Shown here: piece by piece, positions 26,423 through 36,029 of the stretch
Numbering within the stretch: position 1 is the stretch's first letter
Layout: the number at the start of each line of letters is the position of its first letter
The notes under the pieces: generated by a model
Database searches by the model: none
What the model was told of the DNA's origin: nothing
Seen by the model: the letters and a program-made list of their open reading frames with translations, nothing else
Translations under genes and position numbers: made by a program
Origin: Caldicoprobacterales bacterium
GTDB lineage: Bacteria > Bacillota > Clostridia > Caldicoprobacterales > UBA3941
Length of the DNA: 64,000 nucleotides
Assembly (NCBI GenBank): GCA_050949255.1
Contig: JBMNFJ010000016.1
Location: 524,665 to 588,664, forward strand
Direction of reading: 5' to 3'

Positions 26423-27388
26423 ATGGATAATACATTAATAGTTTCTGCTTCTCCCCATATTAGATCCAAGGAATCGGTATCGCGTATAATGTTGGACGTA
26501 ATACTGGCGTTGATTCCGGCGGCGATTGCTGCGGTGATCATTTTTGGGTGGAGGGTATTATTAGTCATTGTAGTTTCCGTCTTGGGCGCGGTAATTACTG
26601 AGGCTATAATACAAAAGCTGATGAAAAAACCCGTAACTATAAAAGATCTAAGCGCAGTAGTGACAGGTATTCTATTGGCATACAATATGCCACCTACTAT
26701 TCCGCTATGGATAGTTTTGATCGGTTCAATAATAGCAATTGCTCTTGTTAAGCAGGCTTTTGGTGGGTTGGGTCAGAATTTTATGAATCCTGCCTTGGCA
26801 GCCCGGGCTATCTTATTTGCTGCTTGGCCGGTAGAGATGACAAATTGGCAAAGACCGTTAATCGACGCTTTTAGTAATGCAACCAGCAGCGCAACCCCCC
26901 TACCCATACTAAAGGATGGGGAGACATGGGCAAAGTTACCGCCTCTATGGGATGTTTTCGTCGGTAAAATTGGAGGAAGCATTGGCGAGATATCGGCTTT
27001 GGCTCTATTGTTGGGGGCAGCTTATTTGCTTATCAGGGGAGTTATAAACTGGCGGATCCCCTTAACCTATATCGGTACCGTTGGATTGTTGACATGGATA
27101 TTCGGAACAGATGGTTTTTTCACAGGTCGGGGTTTATACCATATTTTTTCAGGTGGACTTATTTTAGGTGCATTTTTTATGGCAACTGACTATCCTACAT
27201 CGCCGGTAACACCTATTGGTCAGATTATTATGGGTATAGGTTGTGGTATTATAACATCTGTAATCCGTTTGGTGGGTGGATATCCGGGTGGTGTATCTTA
27301 TTCTATTCTTATCATGAACGTGGCAACACCTCTTATAGAAAGGTATACAAGGCCTCGAATATATGGGGAGGTGAAAAACAATGTCTGA
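26423..27388 (+). CDS. rnfD: Rnf complex subunit D (membrane, FMN)
   Basis: SASPHIRSKESVSRIMLDVILALIPA N-terminus and a polytopic membrane profile typical of RnfD/NqrB. Confidence 0.93.
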   Translation: MDNTLIVSASPHIRSKESVSRIMLDVILALIPAAIAAVIIFGWRVLLVIVVSVLGAVITEAIIQKLMKKPVTIKDLSAVVTGILLAYNMPPTIPLWIVLIGSIIAIALVKQAFGGLGQNFMNPALAARAILFAAWPVEMTNWQRPLIDAFSNATSSATPLPILKDGETWAKLPPLWDVFVGKIGGSIGEISALALLLGAAYLLIRGVINWRIPLTYIGTVGLLTWIFGTDGFFTGRGLYHIFSGGLILGAFFMATDYPTSPVTPIGQIIMGIGCGIITSVIRLVGGYPGGVSYSILIMNVATPLIERYTRPRIYGEVKNNV

Positions 27389-28208
27389 TATTATGAAAAT
27401 AGGATTCAGACTCTTTATAATTACGGTAATCGCTGCAATAGTTATGGGAATTACCAATATCGCTACAGAAGAACCTATAAGACTTCAACGGATTAAGGCC
27501 GAGAATAAGGCGAGGCAAGTTGCGCTTCCCCAGGCGGAGGATTTTAGGCAATTGGATATAGAAGGAGGATCCTGGGGGAACGGGGGAGCCGAAATAGTAG
27601 AAATATATACCGGCTTATCGGGTGATAATGTTGTCGGTTACGTCTTTAGAGTGAAGGCGATGGGTTATGTGGGAGATATAGATATCATCTTGGGTATAAA
27701 TACAAATGATGAAATTGAGGCTGTTGAAATAGGCGAACATAGTGAAACTCCTGGTCTGGGCGCAAAAGTTAAGGATAAGGCCTTCCTGGAACAATTTCAT
27801 GGAAAAGGTACAGGGGCCCAGCTTGCCGCTGTCAAGTCTCTAAGTGAAGATGGGAGTGTAGACGCCAGCAGCAGTTCCACTGTAGATGCAGAAAGTAGCG
27901 CAACTACCGAAACGGAAAGTAGTGCTACGGTAGATGCAGAGGGCAGCGCAACTACCGAGTCAGACGACAGTGCAATTACTGATACAGAGGGAAGTGCAAC
28001 GACCGATACAGAAGGAAGTGCCACACCGGATGCGAGTGGCAGTGCAACTGTGGATGGCAGCAGCAGCGCTACAGGGGGAGCTACAGGAAGCGTACAGGAG
28101 ATACAGGCAATATCAGGTGCTACCGTAACCTCGGGTGCTGTTACCAGGGCGATTAATCTGGCTATTCAGTATTACAACCAAATTATACTAAGTGGGGGTG
28201 GGTACTAA
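27381..28208 (+). CDS. rnfG: Rnf complex subunit G (FMN-binding) with a 78-aa low-complexity insertion
   Basis: N-terminal TM anchor, ETPGLGAKV motif and FMN attachment motif ISGATVTSGAV. It overlaps rnfD by 8 nt and rnfE by 1 nt (TAATG). Confidence 0.9.
   Translation: MSDIMKIGFRLFIITVIAAIVMGITNIATEEPIRLQRIKAENKARQVALPQAEDFRQLDIEGGSWGNGGAEIVEIYTGLSGDNVVGYVFRVKAMGYVGDIDIILGINTNDEIEAVEIGEHSETPGLGAKVKDKAFLEQFHGKGTGAQLAAVKSLSEDGSVDASSSSTVDAESSATTETESSATVDAEGSATTESDDSAITDTEGSATTDTEGSATPDASGSATVDGSSSATGGATGSVQEIQAISGATVTSGAVTRAINLAIQYYNQIILSGGGY
27858..28091 (+). repeat. Coding imperfect 24-nt (8-aa) tandem repeat, about 8.5 copies, inside rnfG
   Basis: The protein reads TVDAESSA TTETESSA TVDAEGSA TTESDDSA ITDTEGSA TTDTEGSA TPDASGSA TVDGSSSA TGGATGS, i.e. 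unit T-x-(D/E)-x-(E/S)-(G/S)-S-A. Confidence 0.85.
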
Positions 28209-28801
28209 TGAAGGCATCAAAGGCCATAATTAACGGAATAATAACCGAAAATCCAACATTTAGATTGGTACTGGGAATGTGCCCTACCTTGGCTGTAACT
28301 ACAGCAGCCATAAACGGAATAGGCATGGGACTTGCCACTGCCTTTGTCCTAATAGCTTCTAACCTAGTAATATCCCTTTTGAAGGACTTCATACCATCCC
28401 AGGTAAGAATTCCAGCATATATAGTTGTGGCAGCAACTTTTGTTACTGTTACCGGGATGCTTATGGAGGCCTTTGTGCCGGCCTTATACGAGAGTTTGGG
28501 GATTTTTATTCCGCTAATCGTTGTTAATTGTATTATCCTTGGCAGGGCTGAGGCTTTCGCCTCAAAGAATTCACCTCTAGTGGCTATAGCAGACGGTATA
28601 GGGATGGGGCTCGGATTCACCCTTTCCTTGACCCTCTTAGGGATAATAAGGGAGATTTTAGGTGCGGGAACCCTATTTGGTATGCAGATTATGCCACAGG
28701 CCTATAATCCGGCGGTTATTATGATCTTGCCGCCTGGAGCCTTTGTGACCTTAGGGTTGCTGCTTGGGTTATTAAACAAACTAACAGCTAAAACCAGATA
28801 G
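28208..28801 (+). CDS. rnfE: Rnf complex subunit E
   Basis: NGIITENPTFRLVLGMCPTLAVTT... and a 6-TM profile typical of RnfE/NqrD. Confidence 0.93.
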   Translation: MKASKAIINGIITENPTFRLVLGMCPTLAVTTAAINGIGMGLATAFVLIASNLVISLLKDFIPSQVRIPAYIVVAATFVTVTGMLMEAFVPALYESLGIFIPLIVVNCIILGRAEAFASKNSPLVAIADGIGMGLGFTLSLTLLGIIREILGAGTLFGMQIMPQAYNPAVIMILPPGAFVTLGLLLGLLNKLTAKTR

Positions 28802-28816
28802 GGGGGAGGATTGGAC

Positions 28817-29404
28817 ATGGATTATGCAGGAAAATTGTTTTTAATATTGTTGAGTACAGTATTGGTAAATAATTTCGTATTGTCCAGATTCTTGGGTATA
28901 TGTCCATTTCTTGGAGTGTCAAAAAAGGTATCGACGGCCATGGGCATGGGGGCGGCAGTAATATTTGTAATGACTTTGGCGTCACTATTTACCTATATAA
29001 TACAATATGCAATATTGGAGCCGCTGAATCTGGAATATCTACAGACCATTGCTTTTATATTGGTTATTGCTGCGCTAGTTCAATTTGTAGAGATGGTTAT
29101 TCAAAAGATGAGTCCAACCCTGTATCAGGCTCTCGGCGTTTACCTTCCCCTTATAACCACCAATTGCGCGGTTTTAGGGGTAGCTATAATAAATATCCGC
29201 GAGAATTATGATTTGCTTCAAACATTGGTTAATGGAGCCGGTGCGGCACTGGGCTTTACCTTAGCCTTGGTCCTAATGGCTGGGATAAGGGAAAGATTGG
29301 AGCTTTCGGATATACCCGAGCCTTTGAAGGGCTTTCCCATTACCTTGATAACCGCTGGACTAATGTCAGTGGCATTCTTAGGATTTCAAGGGCTTATAAA
29401 TTAG
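28817..29404 (+). CDS. rnfA: Rnf complex subunit A
   Basis: [27 protein letters not shown] is typical of RnfA/NqrE. ATG 28817 lies 7 nt after GGGGGGAGGA; the TTG 28811 in the ORF track is too close to the RBS. Confidence 0.92.
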   Translation: MDYAGKLFLILLSTVLVNNFVLSRFLGICPFLGVSKKVSTAMGMGAAVIFVMTLASLFTYIIQYAILEPLNLEYLQTIAFILVIAALVQFVEMVIQKMSPTLYQALGVYLPLITTNCAVLGVAIINIRENYDLLQTLVNGAGAALGFTLALVLMAGIRERLELSDIPEPLKGFPITLITAGLMSVAFLGFQGLIN

Positions 29405-29414
29405 GGGGGATATT

Positions 29415-30245
29415 ATGCTAATTGATATATTGATGCCTGTTCTCAGCCTGGGCGGTATGAGCTTGTTATTTGGGGCGGGGCTGGCCTTTGCATCCCAAAA
29501 GTTCGCTATTGGAACTGATCCAAAAGAGGAGCAGATACGGCAAGTTTTACCAGGGGTCAATTGCGGTGCATGCGGTTATCCCGGTTGTGACGGATTTGCT
29601 GCAGCTGTTGCAGCAGGTCAGGCTCCCATAACCGGTTGTACGGTAGGTGGATCTAGTGTTGCCCAGGATATAGGATTGATTATGGGTTTGGAGGCAGAAG
29701 AAACTCAACGGAAGGTTGCCAAGGTTTTATGCGCCGGGGATTGCGATAAGGCGACCAATAAATACCATTACGATGGCATAGAGGACTGTGTTGCAGCATC
29801 TATGTTGGCGGATGGACCAAAGGAGTGCAGCTTTGGATGTTTGGGACTTGGAACATGTGTTAGGGCATGTCCTTTCGATGCCATATATATCGACAAGGGG
29901 ATTGCCGTTGTGGATGAAGAAAAATGCACCGGCTGTGAGATATGTGTAGCAGTCTGTCCCAAAAATATAATTGAGATGATCCCCGTTTCCAGTCAGGTTC
30001 AGGTGATGTGTAAATCGGAGGACAAGGGCAGGGATGTAAGAAAATATTGTACGGTAGGATGTATAGCTTGTAAGATCTGTGAAAGGGCATGCGAATATGA
30101 TGCTATTAAGGTGGAGAATAATGTAGCACGGATTGATTATGACAAATGTGTCAACTGCATGGTATGCGCAGAAAAGTGTCCTACAAAATCAATTTACGCC
30201 GACTTTGAGAACAGGCGGCCAGAATTTGTAGGGATGAGTAATTGA
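29415..30245 (+). CDS. rnfB: Rnf complex subunit B (polyferredoxin)
   Basis: N-terminal TM helix, CGACGYPGC Fe-S motif, then several ferredoxin motifs (CTGCEICVAVCP, CIACKICERACE, CVNCMVCAEKCP). Confidence 0.93.
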   Translation: MLIDILMPVLSLGGMSLLFGAGLAFASQKFAIGTDPKEEQIRQVLPGVNCGACGYPGCDGFAAAVAAGQAPITGCTVGGSSVAQDIGLIMGLEAEETQRKVAKVLCAGDCDKATNKYHYDGIEDCVAASMLADGPKECSFGCLGLGTCVRACPFDAIYIDKGIAVVDEEKCTGCEICVAVCPKNIIEMIPVSSQVQVMCKSEDKGRDVRKYCTVGCIACKICERACEYDAIKVENNVARIDYDKCVNCMVCAEKCPTKSIYADFENRRPEFVGMSN

Positions 30246-31561
30246 TTACCCTTGATAAGTATCCTATTGGGGAATATCACTATGCGAAGAACGAAGCCTC
30301 AGGGTCCTTGGATGGACCCTGGGGTACATTCTATTGGGCAGATGTTTTGGATGGCATGTCAGGCATAGTTGAAAGGTACGAAGGGAAAATACAGTTGATC
30401 TATTTGGATCCCCCCTTTATGACGGGTTGTATATACAGGTATCGTCAAAAAATAGGGGAAAAGGGTTATCTGGAGCATATCGCATATAGCGATAGATGGG
30501 TTGAGGGTAAAAAACATTACTTGGATTTTATGACAGAGGTATTCGAGCATGTATATAGCCTTCTCAACCCGGAGGGTTCTTTTTTTCTTCATGTTGATTA
30601 TAGGACATGTGCCTACTTAAGGATCATATTAGATAAGATTTTTGGAGAAAAGAACTTCCTCAATGAAATAATCTGGCATTATCAAAGTGGGGGTAGAGCC
30701 AAAAGACATTTCAGCCGAAAACATGATAACATCCTTTTCTACCGAAAATCCCCGAAACATTATTTTAATATGGAAGCTTTGGGAAAAGAGCGGGGCACTA
30801 AGAAGCGCAACAATATGAAAATGCAGGTAGACGATAATGGAAGGGTGTCTTGGACTATTAAATCAGGAGGAAGGATATATAGATATTATGAGGATTCCAA
30901 GATATATCCCAGCGATGTTTGGACGGATATATCCCACCTACATCAACGGGATCCGGAGCGGATAGGGTATGATACCCAAAAGCCCGAGGCCTTACTTGAA
31001 AGAATAATATTATCTTCCTCCAGGCCAGGGGATGTGGTTGCAGATTTTTTTGCAGGTTCTGGGACTACTCTGTCTGTTGCCACAATGCTAAGTCGAAAAT
31101 GGATAGGAATGGATTCTAGTCCACATGCTATGAATGTCTGTAGAAAAAGGTTGTTGGGTTTAGGTGCTAGAAACGATTTTGCTATTTATTACAAGGGAAA
31201 GAGCAGGCCTATAGGTAAATCAGAGCTGATTGTGGAGAAGCAGGTAGACCAATATCCAGATGATGGAGAAAATTCAAAAAGGATACACACCATAAGGATA
31301 GTGGATTACAAACCTGCAAGCGATACCAGGATTCATGTCCTGGAAAACGTGGATCAGGATATAAAGGGTATGGAATATATAGATTACTGGGCAGTTGGAC
31401 ATATTAAAGGGGATTTATTTTATCCAATTAAATGTGTGTGGAGAATGGATGGTCAATCTGTAATAAACGATACTATTACATTGAACGGTTCTATGAATCA
31501 AGATCTGGTGGTCCACCTGGTGGATATTCTGGGGGATCAGCATTTCTACAAGTTTATATAG
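30242..31561 (+). CDS. Orphan beta-class N6-adenine/N4-cytosine DNA methyltransferase with uncharacterised C-terminal domain
   Basis: Motif IV DPPF (LIYLDPPF, aa 56-59) precedes DTQKPEALLERII and motif I FFAGSGTT (aa 269-276). An extra ~135 aa follows. TTG 30242 overlaps the rnfB stop TGA (30243-30245). Confidence 0.8.
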   Translation: MITLDKYPIGEYHYAKNEASGSLDGPWGTFYWADVLDGMSGIVERYEGKIQLIYLDPPFMTGCIYRYRQKIGEKGYLEHIAYSDRWVEGKKHYLDFMTEVFEHVYSLLNPEGSFFLHVDYRTCAYLRIILDKIFGEKNFLNEIIWHYQSGGRAKRHFSRKHDNILFYRKSPKHYFNMEALGKERGTKKRNNMKMQVDDNGRVSWTIKSGGRIYRYYEDSKIYPSDVWTDISHLHQRDPERIGYDTQKPEALLERIILSSSRPGDVVADFFAGSGTTLSVATMLSRKWIGMDSSPHAMNVCRKRLLGLGARNDFAIYYKGKSRPIGKSELIVEKQVDQYPDDGENSKRIHTIRIVDYKPASDTRIHVLENVDQDIKGMEYIDYWAVGHIKGDLFYPIKCVWRMDGQSVINDTITLNGSMNQDLVVHLVDILGDQHFYKFI

Positions 31562-31625
31562 CTCCTTGCATTAGCCTTAATAGGCACTATAGAGCGTTTT
31601 AAGTGTGATGGAAGCTAAAACATGG

Positions 31626-31659
31626 GAAGAGGGCTATCGGATTAGACGTAGCCCTCTTC
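31626..31659. terminator. Hairpin terminator between the convergent methyltransferase and aldo/keto reductase genes
   Basis: GAAGAGGGCT-14 nt-AGCCCTCTTC is a 10-bp perfect stem. It has TTATTTA downstream on the plus strand and TGTTTTAG on the minus strand. Confidence 0.65.
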
Positions 31660-31674
31660 TTATTTATGACGATA

Positions 31675-32592
31675 TTATGGTAGTTCATTTCCGGCAGCTC
31701 TGTATATGGTGTACCATTCCTCCCTGGTAAGGTTAACTCCTGATGCTTTACAAATATCCTTGAGCCGATTCGGATTGGTAGTACCTACGATGGGCTGCAT
31801 TTTGGCAGGATGTCTTAGAAGCCATGCTATTGCAATAGCTGTATTGGTTACTCCCTTGATTTGTGCTATTTCATCAATTTTGGCATTTAACTCAGGAAAT
31901 TTATCGTTGTCCAGGAATACGCCTTCAAAAAATCCATATTGAAAGGGAGACCAAGGTTGGATGGTGATATCATTTAGGCGGCAATAATCCAATATGCTAC
32001 CATCCCTGTTTATTGCTGGGTCAATATTCATGTTGACATTTAGACCAGCATCTATCATGCTCGTATGGGTGATGCTTAGCTGTAGCTGGTTAATAATAAT
32101 CTTGTGATTTAGGTATTTCTTAAGGAGCTCAATCTGCATAGGATTTTGATTGCTGACACCAAAGTATTTAACCTTGCCACTGTTATACAATGCTGTAAAG
32201 GCTTCGGCTACTTCTTCCGGCTCGACCAAGGCATCTGGGCGATGGAGTAAAAGGACGTCGATATAATCAGTCTGCAAGCGTTTGAGACTGCCATCTACCG
32301 CGGACAGAATGTGTTCCTTGGAAAAATCATAAAATCCCTTTCTAATTCCACATTTGGTCTGGATAAAAAATTGCTCGCGTATTCTCGGATTCATGCCGAC
32401 GGCCTGGGCGAAGACTTCCTCACACTTACCTCCACCATATATATCTGCATGATCGAAAAAATCGATTCCCTCTTCCAACGCGGTGTTGATTAGGTGTGCC
32501 GCCTCTTTCAGGGGGAGACTTGAAATTCTCATGCATCCCAAAGAAATCTCTGATGCCAGGATTGCACCATTACCGATGTTGATTTTTTTCAT
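31675..32592 (-). CDS. Aldo/keto reductase family oxidoreductase
   Basis: 305 aa. GCMRIS, DHADIYGGG, YIDVLLLHRPD and GVSNQNP motifs of the AKR fold. Confidence 0.88.
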   Translation of the reverse strand: MKKINIGNGAILASEISLGCMRISSLPLKEAAHLINTALEEGIDFFDHADIYGGGKCEEVFAQAVGMNPRIREQFFIQTKCGIRKGFYDFSKEHILSAVDGSLKRLQTDYIDVLLLHRPDALVEPEEVAEAFTALYNSGKVKYFGVSNQNPMQIELLKKYLNHKIIINQLQLSITHTSMIDAGLNVNMNIDPAINRDGSILDYCRLNDITIQPWSPFQYGFFEGVFLDNDKFPELNAKIDEIAQIKGVTNTAIAIAWLLRHPAKMQPIVGTTNPNRLKDICKASGVNLTREEWYTIYRAAGNELP

Positions 32593-32713
32593 AGGTTACA
32601 CCACTTTCTTTTTTATTTACACTCCAAAAGGAGTATAGGAGACCCTTATTAATACCTATCAAATACTCAAAATTTGAACTAAAGAAAGGATGAAATACAA
32701 TAGTGGAACAGTA

Positions 32714-33208
32714 TTAAGCCGCTTGTATAGAAGATAGCCATTCCTTCATCGAACCTTTTGGGCTCAAGAAATGATACTCCACTATTTTATTACCATCATC
32801 TACCGTTATCTTAGACCAAATTATCCAATCCGATTTTTCATAATAATAAAAATCGAAAACTTGTCCGTTATCATATATAACCTGAATTAGATGGCTACTA
32901 TCAGTAACAGGACTAAATCTCTCTTTATCGTCAATGGTGAATCCCTTTGCTTTTACGATAAGATTATATAGCTCTTGTATGTTAGCCTGTTCCTTCTCAT
33001 TTTCATTGGTCAATGAGATCGTAGAATTATCTAAGCGATTATCGGGATTATAATAGGTAACTTCTATTTTGATAATATCCTGATTTTTTACATTATCGCC
33101 TGACAGGATCTCAGAACCGTTTATTTCGTTGGAACAGCCAACCAGACTGGTCAATAATGCCCAGACAATAATCACTGCAATGATTTTAAAATTGTATCTG
33201 TTTTTCAA
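32714..33208 (-). CDS. Putative lipoprotein (164 aa), function unknown
   Basis: Signal peptide with lipobox (IIVWALLTSLVGCSNE). No further family recognised. Confidence 0.55.
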   Translation of the reverse strand: MKNRYNFKIIAVIIVWALLTSLVGCSNEINGSEILSGDNVKNQDIIKIEVTYYNPDNRLDNSTISLTNENEKEQANIQELYNLIVKAKGFTIDDKERFSPVTDSSHLIQVIYDNGQVFDFYYYEKSDWIIWSKITVDDGNKIVEYHFLSPKGSMKEWLSSIQAA

Positions 33209-33431
33209 TAAAATTCACTCCTTACTCTCCTATTTTACCACATGGATAAAAATATTCAAAATATCACAAAAATAGCTTTACATCAAGTACAGTATTATTT
33301 GTAATCATACTTGAGAAGTCATAAGAATTGGATAAAAACTTTATTCATAAGAATACTAGATTAGAAGGATTTTTACCATGAAAGGAAGAAATAGATATGG
33401 ACGTGTTGTATTTAAAGGAGGCAAGTGAAAA

Positions 33432-34712
33432 TTGAAGGATATTATTATAAAGAACTTAAATAAAAACATAAACTTATATGTCATTCCAGACAAGAAATTT
33501 AAAACCGTTTACATAAGCTATTGTTTCCACAGGGATTTAGATGAAGATTACACCTATAATGCCCTGGTACCCGCCATCCTAAAGCGAGGATCTGAGGGAT
33601 ATGAGAACCAAAAAGAAATAGGCATATATCTGGAAGAGCAGTATGGGGCCCTGTTCGATGTGGGAGTCCAGAAGAGGGGAGAGCGCCAGGTATTAAGATT
33701 TACTATGGATTTAGTCAACGAAGAATTTGTGGGGAAGGATGGTTTATTGGCCCAGGCCTTTTACTTTCTAAACAGGATCATCACCAAACCAGTATTGGAA
33801 GGATCTATGTTCAAAAGTGATTATGTAAATCAAGAGAAGGAGAATTTAAAAAACAGGATCCTGGCTATGATAAATGACAAGATGCAGTACAGTATGGAGC
33901 GCTGTATTCAGGAGATGTGCCGGGGAGAGAAATACGCCAGGTATGTCTTGGGTAATATTGATGACCTTAATTCTTTGGATCCGGAAAAATTGTATGAAGT
34001 TTATAAGGATATAATAAGGAGTAGTCCTCTGGATATCTTTGTTGTTGGCGATGTGGATCCTGAAAAGGTTGCAATCCTTATAAATAACAGCCTGGATCTT
34101 GAAAGATCGCAAATTAAACTCATTCCGGAAACTATAATAAAGAAGATTGGGGTAAAGCAAAGGGAAGTAGTAGAAAGAATGGATATATCTCAGGCTAAAC
34201 TAAACATCGGCTTTAGGACCAATGTTGCGGTTAATCAGAATGAATACTTTCCCTTGGTGCTTTATGCCGGCATTTTGGGAGGAGGCCCCCATTCGAAGCT
34301 GTTTATAAATGTTCGTGAGAAGAGCAGCCTCGCCTATTACGCCTTTGCAAGGCTGGAAAAGTATAAAGGCCTAATGCTCATAGGTTCAGGTATAGATCAA
34401 ATGAACTATAAGCAAACCTTAGATATAATTATGGAACAGGTAGAGGATATAAAACGTGGCAGGATAAGCGATGCGGAATTTACTGCTTCTGTGAACGCGA
34501 TAACCACTTCCTTAAAGGCTGCAAAGGATGATCAGGGACAATTGGTGGATTATTATCTGGGCAACGCAGTTACCGGAGCTCAATATACTTTGGAGGATTT
34601 CATTAGTGAGATACAAAAAGTGAAACCGGAAGACGTTGTTGAAGTTTCTAAAAAGATAAAGGTTGATACAGTCTATCTGTTAAGTCCGGAGGAAGGAGAT
34701 GCTGGAAGATGA
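33432..34712 (+). CDS. M16 (pitrilysin/insulinase) family protein lacking the HxxEH zinc motif (non-catalytic partner, YmfF-like)
   Basis: 426 aa with M16-like length and fold pattern, but the N-terminal region (ALVPAILKRGSEGY) has no HxxEH. TTG start 10 nt after AAGGAGG. ATGA overlap with the next gene. Confidence 0.7.
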   Translation: MKDIIIKNLNKNINLYVIPDKKFKTVYISYCFHRDLDEDYTYNALVPAILKRGSEGYENQKEIGIYLEEQYGALFDVGVQKRGERQVLRFTMDLVNEEFVGKDGLLAQAFYFLNRIITKPVLEGSMFKSDYVNQEKENLKNRILAMINDKMQYSMERCIQEMCRGEKYARYVLGNIDDLNSLDPEKLYEVYKDIIRSSPLDIFVVGDVDPEKVAILINNSLDLERSQIKLIPETIIKKIGVKQREVVERMDISQAKLNIGFRTNVAVNQNEYFPLVLYAGILGGGPHSKLFINVREKSSLAYYAFARLEKYKGLMLIGSGIDQMNYKQTLDIIMEQVEDIKRGRISDAEFTASVNAITTSLKAAKDDQGQLVDYYLGNAVTGAQYTLEDFISEIQKVKPEDVVEVSKKIKVDTVYLLSPEEGDAGR

Positions 34713-35998
34713 AAAAGGTTATAGAAAATAAACTATTAAATGAGAAATTGATATATAACAGGCTAAGTTCTGGACTTGATGTGTATATATTGCTTAAACC
34801 TGGATACAGTCGTCAATTTGCCATTTATGCAACCCGCTATGGTTCTAATGACAGTCAATTTGTCCCATTAGGACAGCGGGAACCCATTACAGTCCCAGAC
34901 GGAATTGCACATTTTTTAGAGCATAAGTTGTTTGAAGAAGAGAAGGGTAACGTGTTTGAGGAATATTCCAGGTTGGGAGCACAGCCCAATGCTTTCACGA
35001 ATTTCAATATGACTGCTTATCATTTTACTTCCACAGGCAACTTCTATGAATGTCTGGACGTGCTTTTAGGTTTTGTGGGAAGACCCTACTTTACTGACGA
35101 GAACGTTGAAAAGGAAAAGGGGATAATTGCCCAGGAAATACGAATGTATGAAGACAATCCTTATTGGAGGGTATATTTTAATCTACTAAGGGGCTTGTAT
35201 CATGAGTTTCCGGTCAGGAAGGATATCGCGGGTACTGTGGAATCAATATATAAAATTGACAAGGAAACCCTATATGAGTGCTATAGGACCTTCTATCACC
35301 CATCCAATATGGCTCTATTTATTGCTGGAGATGTAGACCCCGATAGGGTTTTCGATCAGGCTGAAAAAATGGTAGTTAAGAGATCTGGCAAGAATGAAGC
35401 AAGGGATATAAAGAGAATATTCCCGAAAGAAGCCAAGGGAGTTAACAAGGACAGGATAGAGGAGCGGTTGGCAGTTGCCAGACCTATCTTTGCCTTGGGC
35501 TTTAAGGATGAGGATACAGTTAGAGATGGGGACAGGTTATTAGATAAAATAATTGCCAATGATATTATTCTGGACATGCTTATAGGTACCAGTACAGATA
35601 TTTATGACAAACTGTATGAAGAAGGTTTGATTGATTCTTCATTTGGCAATTATTACACGGGCGAGAGATATTATGGATACGCTATTATGACAGGACAAAC
35701 CCAGGATCCGGAAAGGGTAGCTGATTCCATATTCAATGAGATAGTAAAGCGGAGATCACAACCCTGGGAACAGGAACATTTTAATAGAATCAAAAAGAAA
35801 AAAATTGGGGAGTTTATCAGGCTGTTTAATTCTCTGGATTCCACTTGCATACAGTTCGTATCCATGCTGTTTAGGGATATTCAGCTATTGGATTATCTTG
35901 AAAGATTGGAAAGTATAACCTATAATGAAGTAAAAAAGGAATTTAATGAGATTTATAGAAAAGAAAATAGCTGCCTTTCCTCGATTGTACCATTATAA
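34709..35998 (+). CDS. M16 family zinc peptidase (catalytic partner, YmfH-like)
   Basis: The HFLEH zinc-binding motif (GIAHFLEHKLFEE) and a downstream E (GIIAQEIRMYEDNP) are typical of M16B. Confidence 0.8.
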   Translation: MKKVIENKLLNEKLIYNRLSSGLDVYILLKPGYSRQFAIYATRYGSNDSQFVPLGQREPITVPDGIAHFLEHKLFEEEKGNVFEEYSRLGAQPNAFTNFNMTAYHFTSTGNFYECLDVLLGFVGRPYFTDENVEKEKGIIAQEIRMYEDNPYWRVYFNLLRGLYHEFPVRKDIAGTVESIYKIDKETLYECYRTFYHPSNMALFIAGDVDPDRVFDQAEKMVVKRSGKNEARDIKRIFPKEAKGVNKDRIEERLAVARPIFALGFKDEDTVRDGDRLLDKIIANDIILDMLIGTSTDIYDKLYEEGLIDSSFGNYYTGERYYGYAIMTGQTQDPERVADSIFNEIVKRRSQPWEQEHFNRIKKKKIGEFIRLFNSLDSTCIQFVSMLFRDIQLLDYLERLESITYNEVKKEFNEIYRKENSCLSSIVPL

Positions 35999-36029
35999 AG
36001 TTATTAGCTTTCCAATAGGGGGGATATAA

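Noticed and set aside
27858-28091. 24-nt periodic repeats considered as a possible CRISPR array or other non-coding repeat array
   Set aside because: The repeats are contiguous with no spacers, imperfect, in frame, and embedded between conserved RnfG segments. They are a coding low-complexity insert.
33378-33428. 16-aa mini-ORF (MKGRNRYGRVVFKGGK) upstream of the M16 peptidase gene, considered as a leader peptide
   Set aside because: It has no SD, its end overlaps the RBS of the downstream gene, and no associated terminator/antiterminator structure is evident. It is most likely fortuitous.
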